The notes beneath the pieces are model-generated. The model was not told the origin of the DNA, searched no databases, and saw nothing but the letters and a program-made list of their open reading frames with translations. A program made the translations under genes and the position numbers. This document shows, piece by piece, positions 41,012-51,188 of a stretch of DNA of 64,000 nt; within the stretch, counting starts at the first letter, position 1; each line of letters opens with the position of its first letter. This stretch comes from an uncultured Methanoregula sp. (lineage in GTDB: Archaea; Halobacteriota; Methanomicrobia; Methanomicrobiales; Methanospirillaceae), in NCBI GenBank assembly GCA_964454995.1, contig CAYVTY010000001.1:38033-102032 (forward strand), written 5' to 3'.

Positions 41012-41986
41012 TCAGCAATGATCCCCGGTCTCATGAAGCCTACCGTGTTCAGTACGATGTGCTTCATACCACGCGATCGTCCGCTTCAGACCTTCCTTAA
41101 ACTGCATCTGCGCCTCAAACCCGAACTCCTCCCGCGCCCGGCTCACATCCAGGCACCGCTTGGGCTGGCCATCGGGTTTTGAGGTATCCCATCGGATCTC
41201 TCCGGAAAACCCGGTTAACTCCTGAATAAGGGAGACCAGATCCCGGATAGTAATCTCCATCCCGGATCCAAGGTTCACCGGCTCTGATTTATTATATCGC
41301 TCTGCCGCAAGGACAAGCCCATGAGCAGCATCATCAACATACAAAAATTCCCGCGAGGCAGCACCCGTACCCCATACCTCAACCGATTGCTCGTTGTTGA
41401 GTTTTGCATCGATAAACTTTTTTATGAGCGCCGGGATTACGTGCGAACTTGCCGGATCAAAATTGTCTCCGGGGCCGTACAGGTTGACCGGCAGGAGGTA
41501 TATGGAATTGAACCCATACTGCTGTCGGTATGCCTGCGACTGGACGAGCAGCATCTTTTTTGCAAGCCCGTACGGGGCGTTTGTCTCTTCCGGATACCCG
41601 TTCCAGAGATTGTCTTCCTTAAATGGCACCGGGGTGAACTTAGGGTACGCGCAGATGGTCCCGACAATCACGCACTTCTCCACGTTCTCCTGCCGGGCGG
41701 CCTCGATCATCTGGATGCCCATGATAGCGTTGTCGTAAAAGAGCTGGGCCGGGTACGCCTGGTTGTACCCGATCCCCCCGACCCGTGCAGCAAGGTGGAT
41801 AACAATATCCGAATCCTTTACCACATCGACACAGTTTTCCCAGACCCGCAGATCAATCGCACGGCTTCGGGGGATGGCAATATTTTCTTTTTGCACACCT
41901 TTCTGCAGAAGTTCCACCACAACACGGGATCCAAAGAATCCTGCCCCACCGGTAATGAGAATTTTTTTATCAGACCAGAATGTCAT
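41012..41986 (-). CDS. fcl: GDP-L-fucose synthase
   Basis: [64 protein letters not shown]. Confidence 0.95.
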   Translation of the reverse strand: MTFWSDKKILITGGAGFFGSRVVVELLQKGVQKENIAIPRSRAIDLRVWENCVDVVKDSDIVIHLAARVGGIGYNQAYPAQLFYDNAIMGIQMIEAARQENVEKCVIVGTICAYPKFTPVPFKEDNLWNGYPEETNAPYGLAKKMLLVQSQAYRQQYGFNSIYLLPVNLYGPGDNFDPASSHVIPALIKKFIDAKLNNEQSVEVWGTGAASREFLYVDDAAHGLVLAAERYNKSEPVNLGSGMEITIRDLVSLIQELTGFSGEIRWDTSKPDGQPKRCLDVSRAREEFGFEAQMQFKEGLKRTIAWYEAHRTEHGRLHETGDHC

Positions 41987-42110
41987 TGCAAGCACCCGCA
42001 GGAAAGCCTGTGTCGTGAGGAGACCCGGCTAAACCTGCGTATAATGAGGACAGGTAAAAGTATGTTTTTCGATCCTTTTAAGAACCGCGGCTTTTTTAAA
42101 ACATTTCCGT

Positions 42111-43157
42111 TCAGTCGCACTTCCACCACCGGTGCGGGAACTTTTTCCTGACAATCCCGTCTCCTTTGCCGATAGGATCCAGACCGGCAGATTTCATATC
42201 CGCATCTACCATGATCTTTACAAGATCGGCAAATTTTATGGTTGGTTTCCAGCCGAGAACCTTCGCAGACTTCTTTGCATCTGCAACAAGCACTTCAACT
42301 TCAGTCGGCCGGAAATATTTCGGATCGATCCGCACGTGTTCTTCAACATCGAGTCCCGCGTAATCGAACGATTCGTGTAAGAATTCGCGGACAGAATGAG
42401 TTTCCCCAGTCCCGATAACGAAATCATCCGCTTTTTCCTGCTGGAGGATCCGCCACATACATTCGACGTACTCCGGGGCAAATCCCCAGTCCCTCTTTGC
42501 ATCGAGATTTCCGAGGTAGAGATAGTTCTCCTTCCCGGCAAGTATGCGGGCAATCGCCCGGGTGATCTTGCGGGTGACAAACGTTTCGCCCCGACGGGGG
42601 GACTCGTGGTTGAAGAGAATACCATTCGACGCAAAGAGATTGTATCCCTCCCGGTAGTTCCGTGTCATCCAGTAGGAATAGACCTTCGCGCAGGCATACG
42701 GACTGCGCGGGTGGAAAACAGTGGTCTCACTCTGCGGAGGAGAGGCAGCCCCGAACATCTCGCTCGATGAGGCCTGATAAAACTTTACGGGGTTGTTGCT
42801 CCGGCGGATTGCTTCGAGAAGCCGGGTCGCCCCAAGGGCCGTGACATTACCAGTATACTCCGGAGTATCGAAACTGACCCGGACATGGCTCTGTGCGCCA
42901 AGGTGGTAGACCTCATTCGGCCGGATATTGTACATTATGTTTGCGATCTGCTCGGAATCAGAGAGATCACCATAATGCAGGAAGAGACGGGCACCGGGAT
43001 CATGCGGATCGATATAGATAGAATCGATCCGGCTTGTGTTGAAGGTGGATGACCGCCGAACCAGCCCGTGGACTTCGTACCCTTTACTGAGCAGCAGTTC
43101 GGCAAGGTAGGACCCGTCCTGACCGGTGATCCCCGTGATGAAGGCTTTCTTTGTCAT
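42111..43157 (-). CDS. gmd: GDP-mannose 4,6-dehydratase
   Basis: [58 protein letters not shown]. Confidence 0.97.
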   Translation of the reverse strand: MTKKAFITGITGQDGSYLAELLLSKGYEVHGLVRRSSTFNTSRIDSIYIDPHDPGARLFLHYGDLSDSEQIANIMYNIRPNEVYHLGAQSHVRVSFDTPEYTGNVTALGATRLLEAIRRSNNPVKFYQASSSEMFGAASPPQSETTVFHPRSPYACAKVYSYWMTRNYREGYNLFASNGILFNHESPRRGETFVTRKITRAIARILAGKENYLYLGNLDAKRDWGFAPEYVECMWRILQQEKADDFVIGTGETHSVREFLHESFDYAGLDVEEHVRIDPKYFRPTEVEVLVADAKKSAKVLGWKPTIKFADLVKIMVDADMKSAGLDPIGKGDGIVRKKFPHRWWKCD

Positions 43158-43270
43158 GATGCATCAAGCGTAACTACATATGAAATCCGCGAAAATTTCA
43201 AGGTATTGGATATGCGTGCGGGATAATGACCAAAATTAAAACAAAACAAGGGGATGAATAAATAAAAGAA

Positions 43271-43283
43271 AGCCTCAGCCGTG
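43271..43283. repeat. Duplicate of the tRNA-Thr 3' end (att-like direct repeat)
   Basis: AGCCTCAGCCGTG, identical to 44675-44687 and in the same orientation. Confidence 0.7.
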
Positions 43284-43625
43284 GTTGACCTTAAATGTTC
43301 AAAGCCCCACGACGATAACTTTTCTAAATCTATTGTGCGCGCGAATATATTTTAATTCTTGTACAATCAAAGTCCCATTCGGCACACTTTGCCTTAATGT
43401 TCGAGGCGTTTACTTCTTTTCTGAAAGTTCAATATTTCGGTAGGGTAGAAGACAATCATATCCATCTGCACTACTTTTAAAAATTTTCCTTTCAGGATTT
43501 CAAAATAGGTTCGACATCTATTTTTTCCTTGCAGGTCACAAACCTCTTTACTTCAGCCCGAAAGAGATACTCTACTTCCCTATTGGCATAAGAGAATTCA
43601 TATACAGTATTAAAGATCACTACTT

Positions 43626-44255
43626 ATGATGGATGTTCGGTTAAGTAACGAATATGGATTCACCGGCCTTGAGGCAGCAATTGTGTTAATTGCATTCGTT
43701 GTTGTTGCAGCAGTATTCTCCTATGTGGTGCTCGGTGCCGGGTTCTTCACGAGCCAGACTGCGCAGTCCACCGTTCATACCGGGGTCCAGCAGGCAAGTT
43801 CAAGTATGGAACTTGTCGGGAATGTATACGGCTTTCAGGAACCGAACAACAATTACCTTGCTTATATCAACATGACCATTGCGCTCACTGCCGGGGGAAC
43901 ACCGATCGATATGTCCGATGTTGTTGTTTCCTATAACGATGGAACCACCCACTGGACAAACATGAACTATGCCGGAGAGGATTGCTGGGGTCCGCTTGAT
44001 GTGATGTTGGGTGGAATCACCACTCCAAATCAGATGCAGGGAGCGTGGTGTATTGCCCAAGTCAACAACAATGCTACCTCTGATACCAGTACTTTGCTGG
44101 GTCCAAACGAACAGTATATATTGGCAATCCAGATGCCCGATACAGCCACTCCCAACACTCAGTTTACGGTATACCTCCAGCCGGCCGTCGGGGCGGTTCT
44201 CCCGGTTACCCGGACACTTCCTGGGGGATTCACACCCGTAATGGCCCTTTACTGA
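43626..44255 (+). CDS. flaB: Archaellin (archaeal flagellin)
   Basis: Class III signal peptide NEYG/FTGLEAAIVLIAFVVVAAVFSYVVLGAGFF; AGGTPIDM; C-terminal PAVGAVLPVTRTLP. Confidence 0.92.
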   Translation: MMDVRLSNEYGFTGLEAAIVLIAFVVVAAVFSYVVLGAGFFTSQTAQSTVHTGVQQASSSMELVGNVYGFQEPNNNYLAYINMTIALTAGGTPIDMSDVVVSYNDGTTHWTNMNYAGEDCWGPLDVMLGGITTPNQMQGAWCIAQVNNNATSDTSTLLGPNEQYILAIQMPDTATPNTQFTVYLQPAVGAVLPVTRTLPGGFTPVMALY

Positions 44256-44262
44256 TCCGAGT

Positions 44263-44278
44263 CCTTTTTTCTTTTATT
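44263..44278 (+). terminator. Oligo-T archaeal terminator candidate after the archaellin gene
   Basis: CCTTTTTTCTTTTATT directly after the stop codon. Confidence 0.5.
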
Positions 44279-44674
44279 AAAGGTGAGGGATTCTGAAGCA
44301 GGCATGGCCGGCCCTTTTGCAGCGGCACTCTTCAATACGAGTTGAGGAAATGACATCCCCCCCAATACAAATTCCACCAGAATTGGTTCGTAACATCTCC
44401 TTCAGGTTAGATATCATCAAGATCCAATTCCACATTGAGATTCGGTAACAAAGTTCCATCCTTACATTACCAACTCACAAACTGTGTTCCTTTTACGAGA
44501 AGTTCAACAGTTTCCGTCTACAACGTGGATAATGGATTCTTTGTGGCATTGGAAAATAATCAGTGTAAACCAGTCGATTCAGACAACACTAAAAATCTCT
44601 TATCTGTAGATGAGTTTAAACTAAACAAATTTGTAAATAAGTCTCAAATTGGATCTAAAATCGAAAATGGAGAG

Positions 44675-44747
44675 AGCCTCAGCCGTGATTTGAACACGGG
44701 ACCTGCTGATTACAAGTCAGCCGCTCTGCCAACTAAGCCACTGAGGC
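44675..44747 (-). tRNA. tRNA-Thr(UGU)
   Basis: Reverse complement GCCTCAG...GCTGA CT TGT AA TCAGC...GTTCAAAT...CTGAGGCT folds into a cloverleaf; CCA not encoded. Confidence 0.95.
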
Positions 44748-44959
44748 GCCATATACAATAGGCAGTTACTGGTAAAAAATGTGGCGTTATTCCGGGAGAT
44801 CTTTGGGTAAAAGAACACGTACAGGATCACCTGAATGTGTGCAAAAATAAGCACCGTCCCGAAGCCCACTTTCACAACAAATAGTCATGATTTTTCAGGT
44901 TCCGGCAGGTTCAATTCCAAATACATTATACGCACCGGAACGGAGTAATCTAACAACGA

Positions 44960-46186
44960 ATGGCTCAGCTGACCGTGGATATCGGGGGACGGGCGGGCAT
45001 TGACTGCCGGGGGTTCTGTGAATATTGTTACTTCAAGAAAGTAAAAACAACCCGGGCCTTCGGCTGCCGCTACTGCCTGCCGTTCAAAAAAGGCTGTGAC
45101 TACTGCACGCGGGGAGTCAGGGAGGAGTATTCCGGGTTCAAGGATCTCAGGACCATCGCGGACGAGACGCTTGCTGCCCTCCAGACAAAATCCGGGACAC
45201 TCGACCGCATCACCATCAGCGGTGGAGGTGATCCCAGTTGTTACCCGGAATTTACCGATCTCATCGAACTTTTGGGCGCAACAGAAGCACCGCTTCATAT
45301 CGGGTACACCAGCGGCAAAGGCTGGGATGACCCGAACGTTGCCGACCTCCTTATTGACAACGGGTTGGCCGAATGTTCGTTTACCGTTTTTGCGGCAGAC
45401 CTGGCCTTACGGAAGCGCTGGATGCATGACCCGACACCGGACGCCTCGCTTGCGATCCTTGAGCGGCTCTGCGGGGCAGCAGATGTTTACGCCGCCGCGG
45501 TCGTACTGCCCGGGATAAATGATGGTCCGGTTCTTGAGCACACCTGTGACTGGCTCGAAGAGCGCGGCGCAAAAGGGCTGATCCTCATGAGGTTTGCGAA
45601 TGCAACTGAACAGGGGCTCATTCTCGAAAATGCCCCGATTCTCAAGGGCCAGACGGTGCAATCGGTGGAATCATTCCGGGACATGGTTACCGATCTTGCC
45701 AGCCGCTTTAAAATGAAGATCTCTGGCACGCCGCTCTGGGATCCGGAGATCGGTTCGCCGTTTGCTATCCTGCACGAACCGGCACTCATGAAAAAACTCC
45801 CGCGTGTCCAGCGTCGGGCATCAGTCATCACCGGCTCTGTAGCTGCACCCAATATCAGCGAAGTATTGTCGTCACGCGGGGCTGCGTCCCCGGTCATCCC
45901 GGTAAAAAAAGAGATCGCCTGTCTGATCACGATCGACGATCTCAAAGCACTCGATCTCTCAATTCTCGAACCGACGGTCATCATCCCGGGCCGCGCTTTT
46001 GTCCATGATGCAGAAGCCCGGGAAGTGCTGAGCCGCGACGGGACGCCACGCGAAGTAATCCGGGGGCCGAATCAACTCACGGCCGATGCCGAGACGAGCA
46101 TGGGCATGACCCGTAACGATGTGCTTGCGCTGGAACTTGAGGGCTTTTCAAGTCTTATCCAGCAGATCAACCTGTACGGGAAATAA
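44960..46186 (+). CDS. mmp10: Methyl-coenzyme M reductase arginine C-methyltransferase (methanogenesis marker protein 10, radical SAM)
   Basis: GG..G.DCRGFCEYCYFK, FGCRYC....GCDYC, GGGDPSCYP, HIGYTSGKG, KEIACLIT, PGRAFVHD. Confidence 0.93.
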   Translation: MAQLTVDIGGRAGIDCRGFCEYCYFKKVKTTRAFGCRYCLPFKKGCDYCTRGVREEYSGFKDLRTIADETLAALQTKSGTLDRITISGGGDPSCYPEFTDLIELLGATEAPLHIGYTSGKGWDDPNVADLLIDNGLAECSFTVFAADLALRKRWMHDPTPDASLAILERLCGAADVYAAAVVLPGINDGPVLEHTCDWLEERGAKGLILMRFANATEQGLILENAPILKGQTVQSVESFRDMVTDLASRFKMKISGTPLWDPEIGSPFAILHEPALMKKLPRVQRRASVITGSVAAPNISEVLSSRGAASPVIPVKKEIACLITIDDLKALDLSILEPTVIIPGRAFVHDAEAREVLSRDGTPREVIRGPNQLTADAETSMGMTRNDVLALELEGFSSLIQQINLYGK

Positions 46187-46403
46187 ACCTGTTTTGCCAT
46201 GGAGTCCGCGTAAAAATTTTCCTTTACTCTTTTTTGGTTCCATAATAAACCTGATTTGGCCATACCGGTTTACCCTGGAAGACGCTCATACCACCCTCAC
46301 ATATGAGAGTCCAAAGAAGTATCAATGCCCAAAGGACTGCAGGAGACCTACTTCTGACAATCGGACGGGAAATTACAAAAAAAGAAAAATTATGAGATCC
46401 TTT

Positions 46404-46910
46404 TTATGCCAGCGATGCCGTGATACCGACAATACCGGACTGGATGATCAGGGCAACCGCGATGATGACGCCAGCCATTTCGAGTGCGACTGCGACATTG
46501 CCTTTTTTAAGTTCCTCGAACTCCTTGACATCTTTGGTAAGCTTGTCGAGAATGTTTAATGCAAGGTATATGGCGCCAATCGCAAGGAGGACTCCAAGGA
46601 TAAGCTGGATGATCGCAACGCTGATCGCAATCATACCGTCAACGGATGTGAACCCGAGTGCCGAAGCCTTGCTGATACCTACCGAAATACCGGCGACACC
46701 GGACTGGACAACAACGGCAATCGCTACAAAGATTGCCGCAACAACAATACCGAATGCAACATTACCCTTCGCAAGCTCTTTCTGTTCATCAACATCCTTG
46801 GTGATCTTGCCAAAGATGGAGAAGCCGATATACAATGCTACCACCGCAAGGATGACTGCGATGATCAACTGGATAATTCCAACAGCTGCATTTACAAGAA
46901 TCATTATCAT
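46404..46910 (-). CDS. DUF350-type membrane protein (internal duplication)
   Basis: Two repeats: KITKDVDEQKELAKGNVA and KLTKDVKEFEELKKGNVA. Confidence 0.8.
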   Translation of the reverse strand: MIMILVNAAVGIIQLIIAVILAVVALYIGFSIFGKITKDVDEQKELAKGNVAFGIVVAAIFVAIAVVVQSGVAGISVGISKASALGFTSVDGMIAISVAIIQLILGVLLAIGAIYLALNILDKLTKDVKEFEELKKGNVAVALEMAGVIIAVALIIQSGIVGITASLA

Positions 46911-47079
46911 ACCTCTTTTTTAGTATTCTGTGGGAGGACGTGGGAAATAAATATATCCACGGGATCTGGTTAAAATCCCCAGAATTCACGATAAAACGGT
47001 TTTTCCGGGTAAACAGGCTCATTTAACCGCGGCCCGGACTCAGGAAAAATCCGGAAATTTTTTTTAAAAAATAAAAAAA

Positions 47080-47200
47080 TGCTGCGGGTGGGTTACGATC
47101 CCACGATCTCCAGATGTCCCAAAGTTCTCACGCGCAAAGGATACATGCGCTGAATCAAACCCTATGAGTCTGGCGCCCTAACCAGCTAGGCCACCGCAGC
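47080..47200 (-). tRNA. Elongator tRNA-Met(CAU) with a 47-nt intron (47116-47162) at position 37/38
   Basis: GCTGCGG acceptor stem; CCAGA CT CAT A|intron|A TCTGG; bulge-helix-bulge formed by CUCA/UGGG with UAG and ACA bulges. Confidence 0.92.
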
Positions 47201-47265
47201 ACAAAAGTGCATAATTACAACACCGTAAAAACTCTTAAAGGTTCTGATATAAGCGATTTTTCGGA

Positions 47266-48741
47266 TCAGTCCTTTTTCTGCTGGAGATACACGTTCACCG
47301 CAGCCGTGATCGCGGCGACCTTGTTCCCCTGAGAGAATGAGCCGGCCAGTGTCTGCATCCGGGCCTCCTCATCATTTTTGTAACGTTCGAGCGTTTTTAT
47401 GATATGCTCTTCCTGCAGGAAGTGGGTATGCGTGTTGCCATCGATAAACTGCTGGTTGTTCATGATCGCATAGTGGAGCGGGAGAGTGGTCTTGATCCCG
47501 AGGATGATATACTCCGAGATTGCGCGGCGCATCCTCCTGATGACCTCGGGACGGGTGCTGTCCCAGGCACACAGCTTCGCGATCATTGAGTCGTAGTTGG
47601 GTGGGATCATGTAACCCATGTGGATGCCGCTGTCGACGCGGATACCGGGGCCTCCCGGAGAGCGGTACCTAAGGATCTTACCCGGGTCCGCGGCAAAATT
47701 ATTGAGAGGATCTTCCGCGTTGATCCGGCATTCGATCGCGTGTCCCCGGATCGAGATGTCCTCCTGATCGAAGGGCAATGATTCCCCGGCGGCAATTGCA
47801 ATCTGCTGCCGGACCAGATCGATGCCGGTGATAAACTCGGTGATGGTATGTTCGACCTGCAGCCGGGTATTCATCTCCATGAAGTAATAATTCCCGTTGC
47901 TGTACAGGAACTCGACTGAACCGGCGTTCGTATAATCGGACGCCTCTACCACTTTGAGCGCAGATGCGGACATGCGCGCACGCAGCTCGGAAGTCATGAT
48001 CGCGGACGGGGCTTCCTCGATCAGTTTCTGGTGCCGGCGCTGGATGGAGCACTCGCGCTCGAAAAGATGAACCGCATGACCACTTTCATCGGCGAGCACC
48101 TGGAACTCGATGTGCCGGGGCTTGACGAGGTATTTCTCGATAAAAACCGTCGGATCGCCAAATGCCGACTGGGCGATCCGCATACTTCCCGTGATCGCCT
48201 CTTCAAGCGCAGTCTCATCATTGACGATCTGCATACCGATGCCGCCGCCGCCCGCGCTCGCTTTGACGATCACCGGGTAGCCGATATCAGCAGCCACCTT
48301 TTTGGCCATGTCAATATCGCGGATACCGTCATCGGTTCCCGGGAGCACCGGCACCCCGGCTTTTTTCATCATCTGCTTGCTCCCGATCTTAGAGCCCATG
48401 GCCAGGATGGTCTTTGATTTGGGCCCGATAAAGGTCACCCCTTCATCGGCGCAGAGCTTTGCGAACCGGTAGTTCTCTGCAAGGAAACCGTATCCCGGGT
48501 GGATCGCCTCGGCACCGCTCTTTTTTGCGATGTCGACGATCCGTTCCATGTTGAGATAACTCTTGGACGGGTGCGCCTCACCGACCGGAAACGCCTCGTC
48601 TGCATATTTGACATGGAGGGCATTCTTGTCGACTGCTGAATAGATCGCCACCGTGTCAATGTCGAGTTCACGGCACGCACGCATGACCCGGATCGCGATC
48701 TCGCCACGGTTCGCGATCAGGATCTTCTCAAAAAATTTCAT
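47266..48741 (-). CDS. pycA: Pyruvate carboxylase subunit A (biotin carboxylase)
   Basis: ANRGEIA, HPGYGFLAEN, GGGGIGM, RECSIQRRHQK, EMNTRLQVEH, RVDSG. Confidence 0.95.
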   Translation of the reverse strand: MKFFEKILIANRGEIAIRVMRACRELDIDTVAIYSAVDKNALHVKYADEAFPVGEAHPSKSYLNMERIVDIAKKSGAEAIHPGYGFLAENYRFAKLCADEGVTFIGPKSKTILAMGSKIGSKQMMKKAGVPVLPGTDDGIRDIDMAKKVAADIGYPVIVKASAGGGGIGMQIVNDETALEEAITGSMRIAQSAFGDPTVFIEKYLVKPRHIEFQVLADESGHAVHLFERECSIQRRHQKLIEEAPSAIMTSELRARMSASALKVVEASDYTNAGSVEFLYSNGNYYFMEMNTRLQVEHTITEFITGIDLVRQQIAIAAGESLPFDQEDISIRGHAIECRINAEDPLNNFAADPGKILRYRSPGGPGIRVDSGIHMGYMIPPNYDSMIAKLCAWDSTRPEVIRRMRRAISEYIILGIKTTLPLHYAIMNNQQFIDGNTHTHFLQEEHIIKTLERYKNDEEARMQTLAGSFSQGNKVAAITAAVNVYLQQKKD

Positions 48742-50486
48742 TGCACCACCAGCAGGACATCGCCAGTCTGGACGACATCGCCGGCGTCAACAAAAATCTC
48801 GGTGACCTTGCCGTCCACCGGGCTGTGGATGGGGTTTTCCATCTTCATCGCTTCAAGCACAATGAGGGTATCGCCTTTTTTGACCGTCGCACCCCGGTTG
48901 ACCATGACCTGGAGCACCATACCCTGCATATTGCTCCGGATTCCACCCGCGATCTCCCCGCGCGGTGCTTTCTGGGGTGCGACATTTGCGACCTGCACCT
49001 GGTTTCCACCGACTGACACGATCCTGACGGAGAAAACTTCCCCGTCCACTTCGACTTCCATCTGGTCGGGGATGCCCCCGGAAGCGGCGGCATGCTGGGC
49101 AGCCAACTGCTTCTGGGGAATCGCTTCAAGCTGCCGCTCGCCTTTCAGGAAGGATGGGGCGATGGCAGGGTACATGATGTAGGTAAGGACATCTTCCTCT
49201 TTTTTGACGAGTCCGGCTTTTTCCGCTTCTGCCTTCATCCGCTCGTAGGAGGGTTCAAGCATATCGGCCGGGCGGCAATCGATCGGCTTCTCATCGCCGA
49301 TGATCAGTTTCCGGATCTCTTCGCTGACCGGTGCCGGCGAGCGACCGTACAGGCCCCGCACGTAGTCCTTGACCTCCTTTGTCACGTTTGCATACCGCTG
49401 ACCGTTGACAAGCACGTTTAAGACTGCCTGTGTACCCACGATCTGGCTTGTCGGTGTCACAAGAGGGGGGTAGCCAAGATCCTTTCTCACGCGCGGGATC
49501 TCGGCAAACACATCATCAAGACGGTTGAGCGCGTCCTGCTCCATCAGCTGGGAGACAAGGTTCGAGATCATGCCGCCGGGCAGCTGGTAGATGAGGACGT
49601 TGCTGTCCACCCGTTCGGAGATCGGGTTCAAGAGCCCTGCATACTTCTCACGGATCTGCATGCAGGTATTCCTCACCGTCCGGAGTTTCAGGAGATCGAT
49701 ACCAGTATCCCGGGGGGTCCCGATAAGCGAGGCCACGACACTTTCTGTAGGAGGCTGCGAGGTTCCCATCGAGAACGGGGACATGGCCGTATCGAGAATA
49801 TCCACCCCGGCTTCGATGGCCGCCTGGTAACTCATGGGAGCGATCCCGCTCGTGGAGTGACTGTGAAGGCAGACTTTGATATCAACAGCTTTTTTTATCC
49901 CGCTGATGAGTTCACGCGCCGCTTCGGGCATGATGAGCCCGGCCATATCCTTGATACAGATGGAATCGCAGTCGAGCGCGGCAAGTTCCTTTGCCATCTC
50001 GATAAACATCCGGGTGCTGTGGACTGGGCTCGTCGTATAAGAGATCGTGCCCTGGAGATGGGCCCCGGCCTTTTTTACCTGGTCCATCGAGCGCTTCATA
50101 TTCCGGATATCGTTGAGCGCGTCAAAGACCCGGAAGATGTCCACACCATTCTTGTAGGATGCTGCGACGAACCGGTCGACCACATCGTCCGAATAGTGGC
50201 GGTACCCGACAAGGTTCTGGCCACGGAGAAGCATCTGGATCGGCGTATGTTTCAGTTCCGCTTTGAGGGCGCGGAGCCGGTCCCACGGATCATCGTTCAG
50301 GAATCTTATGCAGGTATCAAACGTCGCCCCGCCCCATGCTTCGGCCGAAAAAAAACCGCACACATCAATCTCGCGTGCGAGCGGGATCATGTCCTCGGTG
50401 CGGAGCCGGGTGGCTATGAGAGACTGGTGGGCATCACGAAGTGTTGTATCGGTGATAAGAACTTTTCCAGAAACGGCAGCACACAT
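48738..50486 (-). CDS. pycB: Pyruvate carboxylase subunit B (carboxyltransferase plus biotinyl domain)
   Basis: DTTLRDAHQSL, WGGATFD, IKDMAG, HSH, VTPTSQIVG, EAMKM. Confidence 0.95.
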   Translation of the reverse strand: MCAAVSGKVLITDTTLRDAHQSLIATRLRTEDMIPLAREIDVCGFFSAEAWGGATFDTCIRFLNDDPWDRLRALKAELKHTPIQMLLRGQNLVGYRHYSDDVVDRFVAASYKNGVDIFRVFDALNDIRNMKRSMDQVKKAGAHLQGTISYTTSPVHSTRMFIEMAKELAALDCDSICIKDMAGLIMPEAARELISGIKKAVDIKVCLHSHSTSGIAPMSYQAAIEAGVDILDTAMSPFSMGTSQPPTESVVASLIGTPRDTGIDLLKLRTVRNTCMQIREKYAGLLNPISERVDSNVLIYQLPGGMISNLVSQLMEQDALNRLDDVFAEIPRVRKDLGYPPLVTPTSQIVGTQAVLNVLVNGQRYANVTKEVKDYVRGLYGRSPAPVSEEIRKLIIGDEKPIDCRPADMLEPSYERMKAEAEKAGLVKKEEDVLTYIMYPAIAPSFLKGERQLEAIPQKQLAAQHAAASGGIPDQMEVEVDGEVFSVRIVSVGGNQVQVANVAPQKAPRGEIAGGIRSNMQGMVLQVMVNRGATVKKGDTLIVLEAMKMENPIHSPVDGKVTEIFVDAGDVVQTGDVLLVVQ

Positions 50487-50531
50487 GGGAAACCTCAGGG
50501 GCTCCGGTATTACAATTAGCCTCTCAAAGCT

Positions 50532-51188
50532 TCACCTGTAAAGTATAAAAAATTCACTTACGGGGAAATAAGCAAGTGCGAGTGCGACGGCTGCACAGGT
50601 ACCGGCCACAACATCACGCACAGGAGTATGAAAGTGCGGACACATCGTTCCCCCGTTCCGGTACCCTCTCATGGCAAGGACCTCAGCAGTCTCATCTGCA
50701 CGCCGGATCGCATCGTGGATCAGGACACGTCCCGCCGGCACGATACTGCGGGTACCCCAGGACTGCCCTTTCTGCTGGATCGCAATACGGATCCTGCGAA
50801 AATCATCCGAGAGCCCGGCAGCCATCTGCATCGCCATTCCGGCGATCATTCCCACCTCGAACCCAATCCTCGTACCCAGGCACCAGGTACCTACGGCAAG
50901 GAAATCATCGGCAGCAGATTCAGCGTACACCCAGGAACCGACCAGCAGTATCGCGATCATCCGTACGAGATACGAAAGCCCGTCACCACTCCCCGTGAGG
51001 GTCATGACCCCCGCGACGATACCAAACAGAACGAGCGTTGCAATGAGGGCATGCCGGTGCCTGATGCTGCGCCACCGGGGTGTAAATACCATCCACCAAA
51101 CCACAACCGCGACGGCACCGGTAATACTTGCGAATGCCGCAAGCGAGAGCATAAACGCACAGAGGAGTCTTAGCCGCGGGTCCTGCAT
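50532..51188 (-). CDS. ECF transporter transmembrane (T) component, BioN-like
   Basis: DPRLRL N-terminus, TM helices, QQKG and AMRGY motifs; in an operon with bioY. Confidence 0.75.
   Translation of the reverse strand: MQDPRLRLLCAFMLSLAAFASITGAVAVVVWWMVFTPRWRSIRHRHALIATLVLFGIVAGVMTLTGSGDGLSYLVRMIAILLVGSWVYAESAADDFLAVGTWCLGTRIGFEVGMIAGMAMQMAAGLSDDFRRIRIAIQQKGQSWGTRSIVPAGRVLIHDAIRRADETAEVLAMRGYRNGGTMCPHFHTPVRDVVAGTCAAVALALAYFPVSEFFILYR

Noticed and set aside
5954-43270. Whole glycan island as a tRNA-integrated element
   Set aside because: No integrase or transposase, and no tRNA-end duplicate was seen at the left border; the att-like pair encloses only the archaellin segment.
44332-44520. Possible decayed gene (for example an integrase) between archaellin and tRNA-Thr
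   Set aside because: The minus-strand frame has stops at about the random rate and no recognisable motif; needs a translated search.
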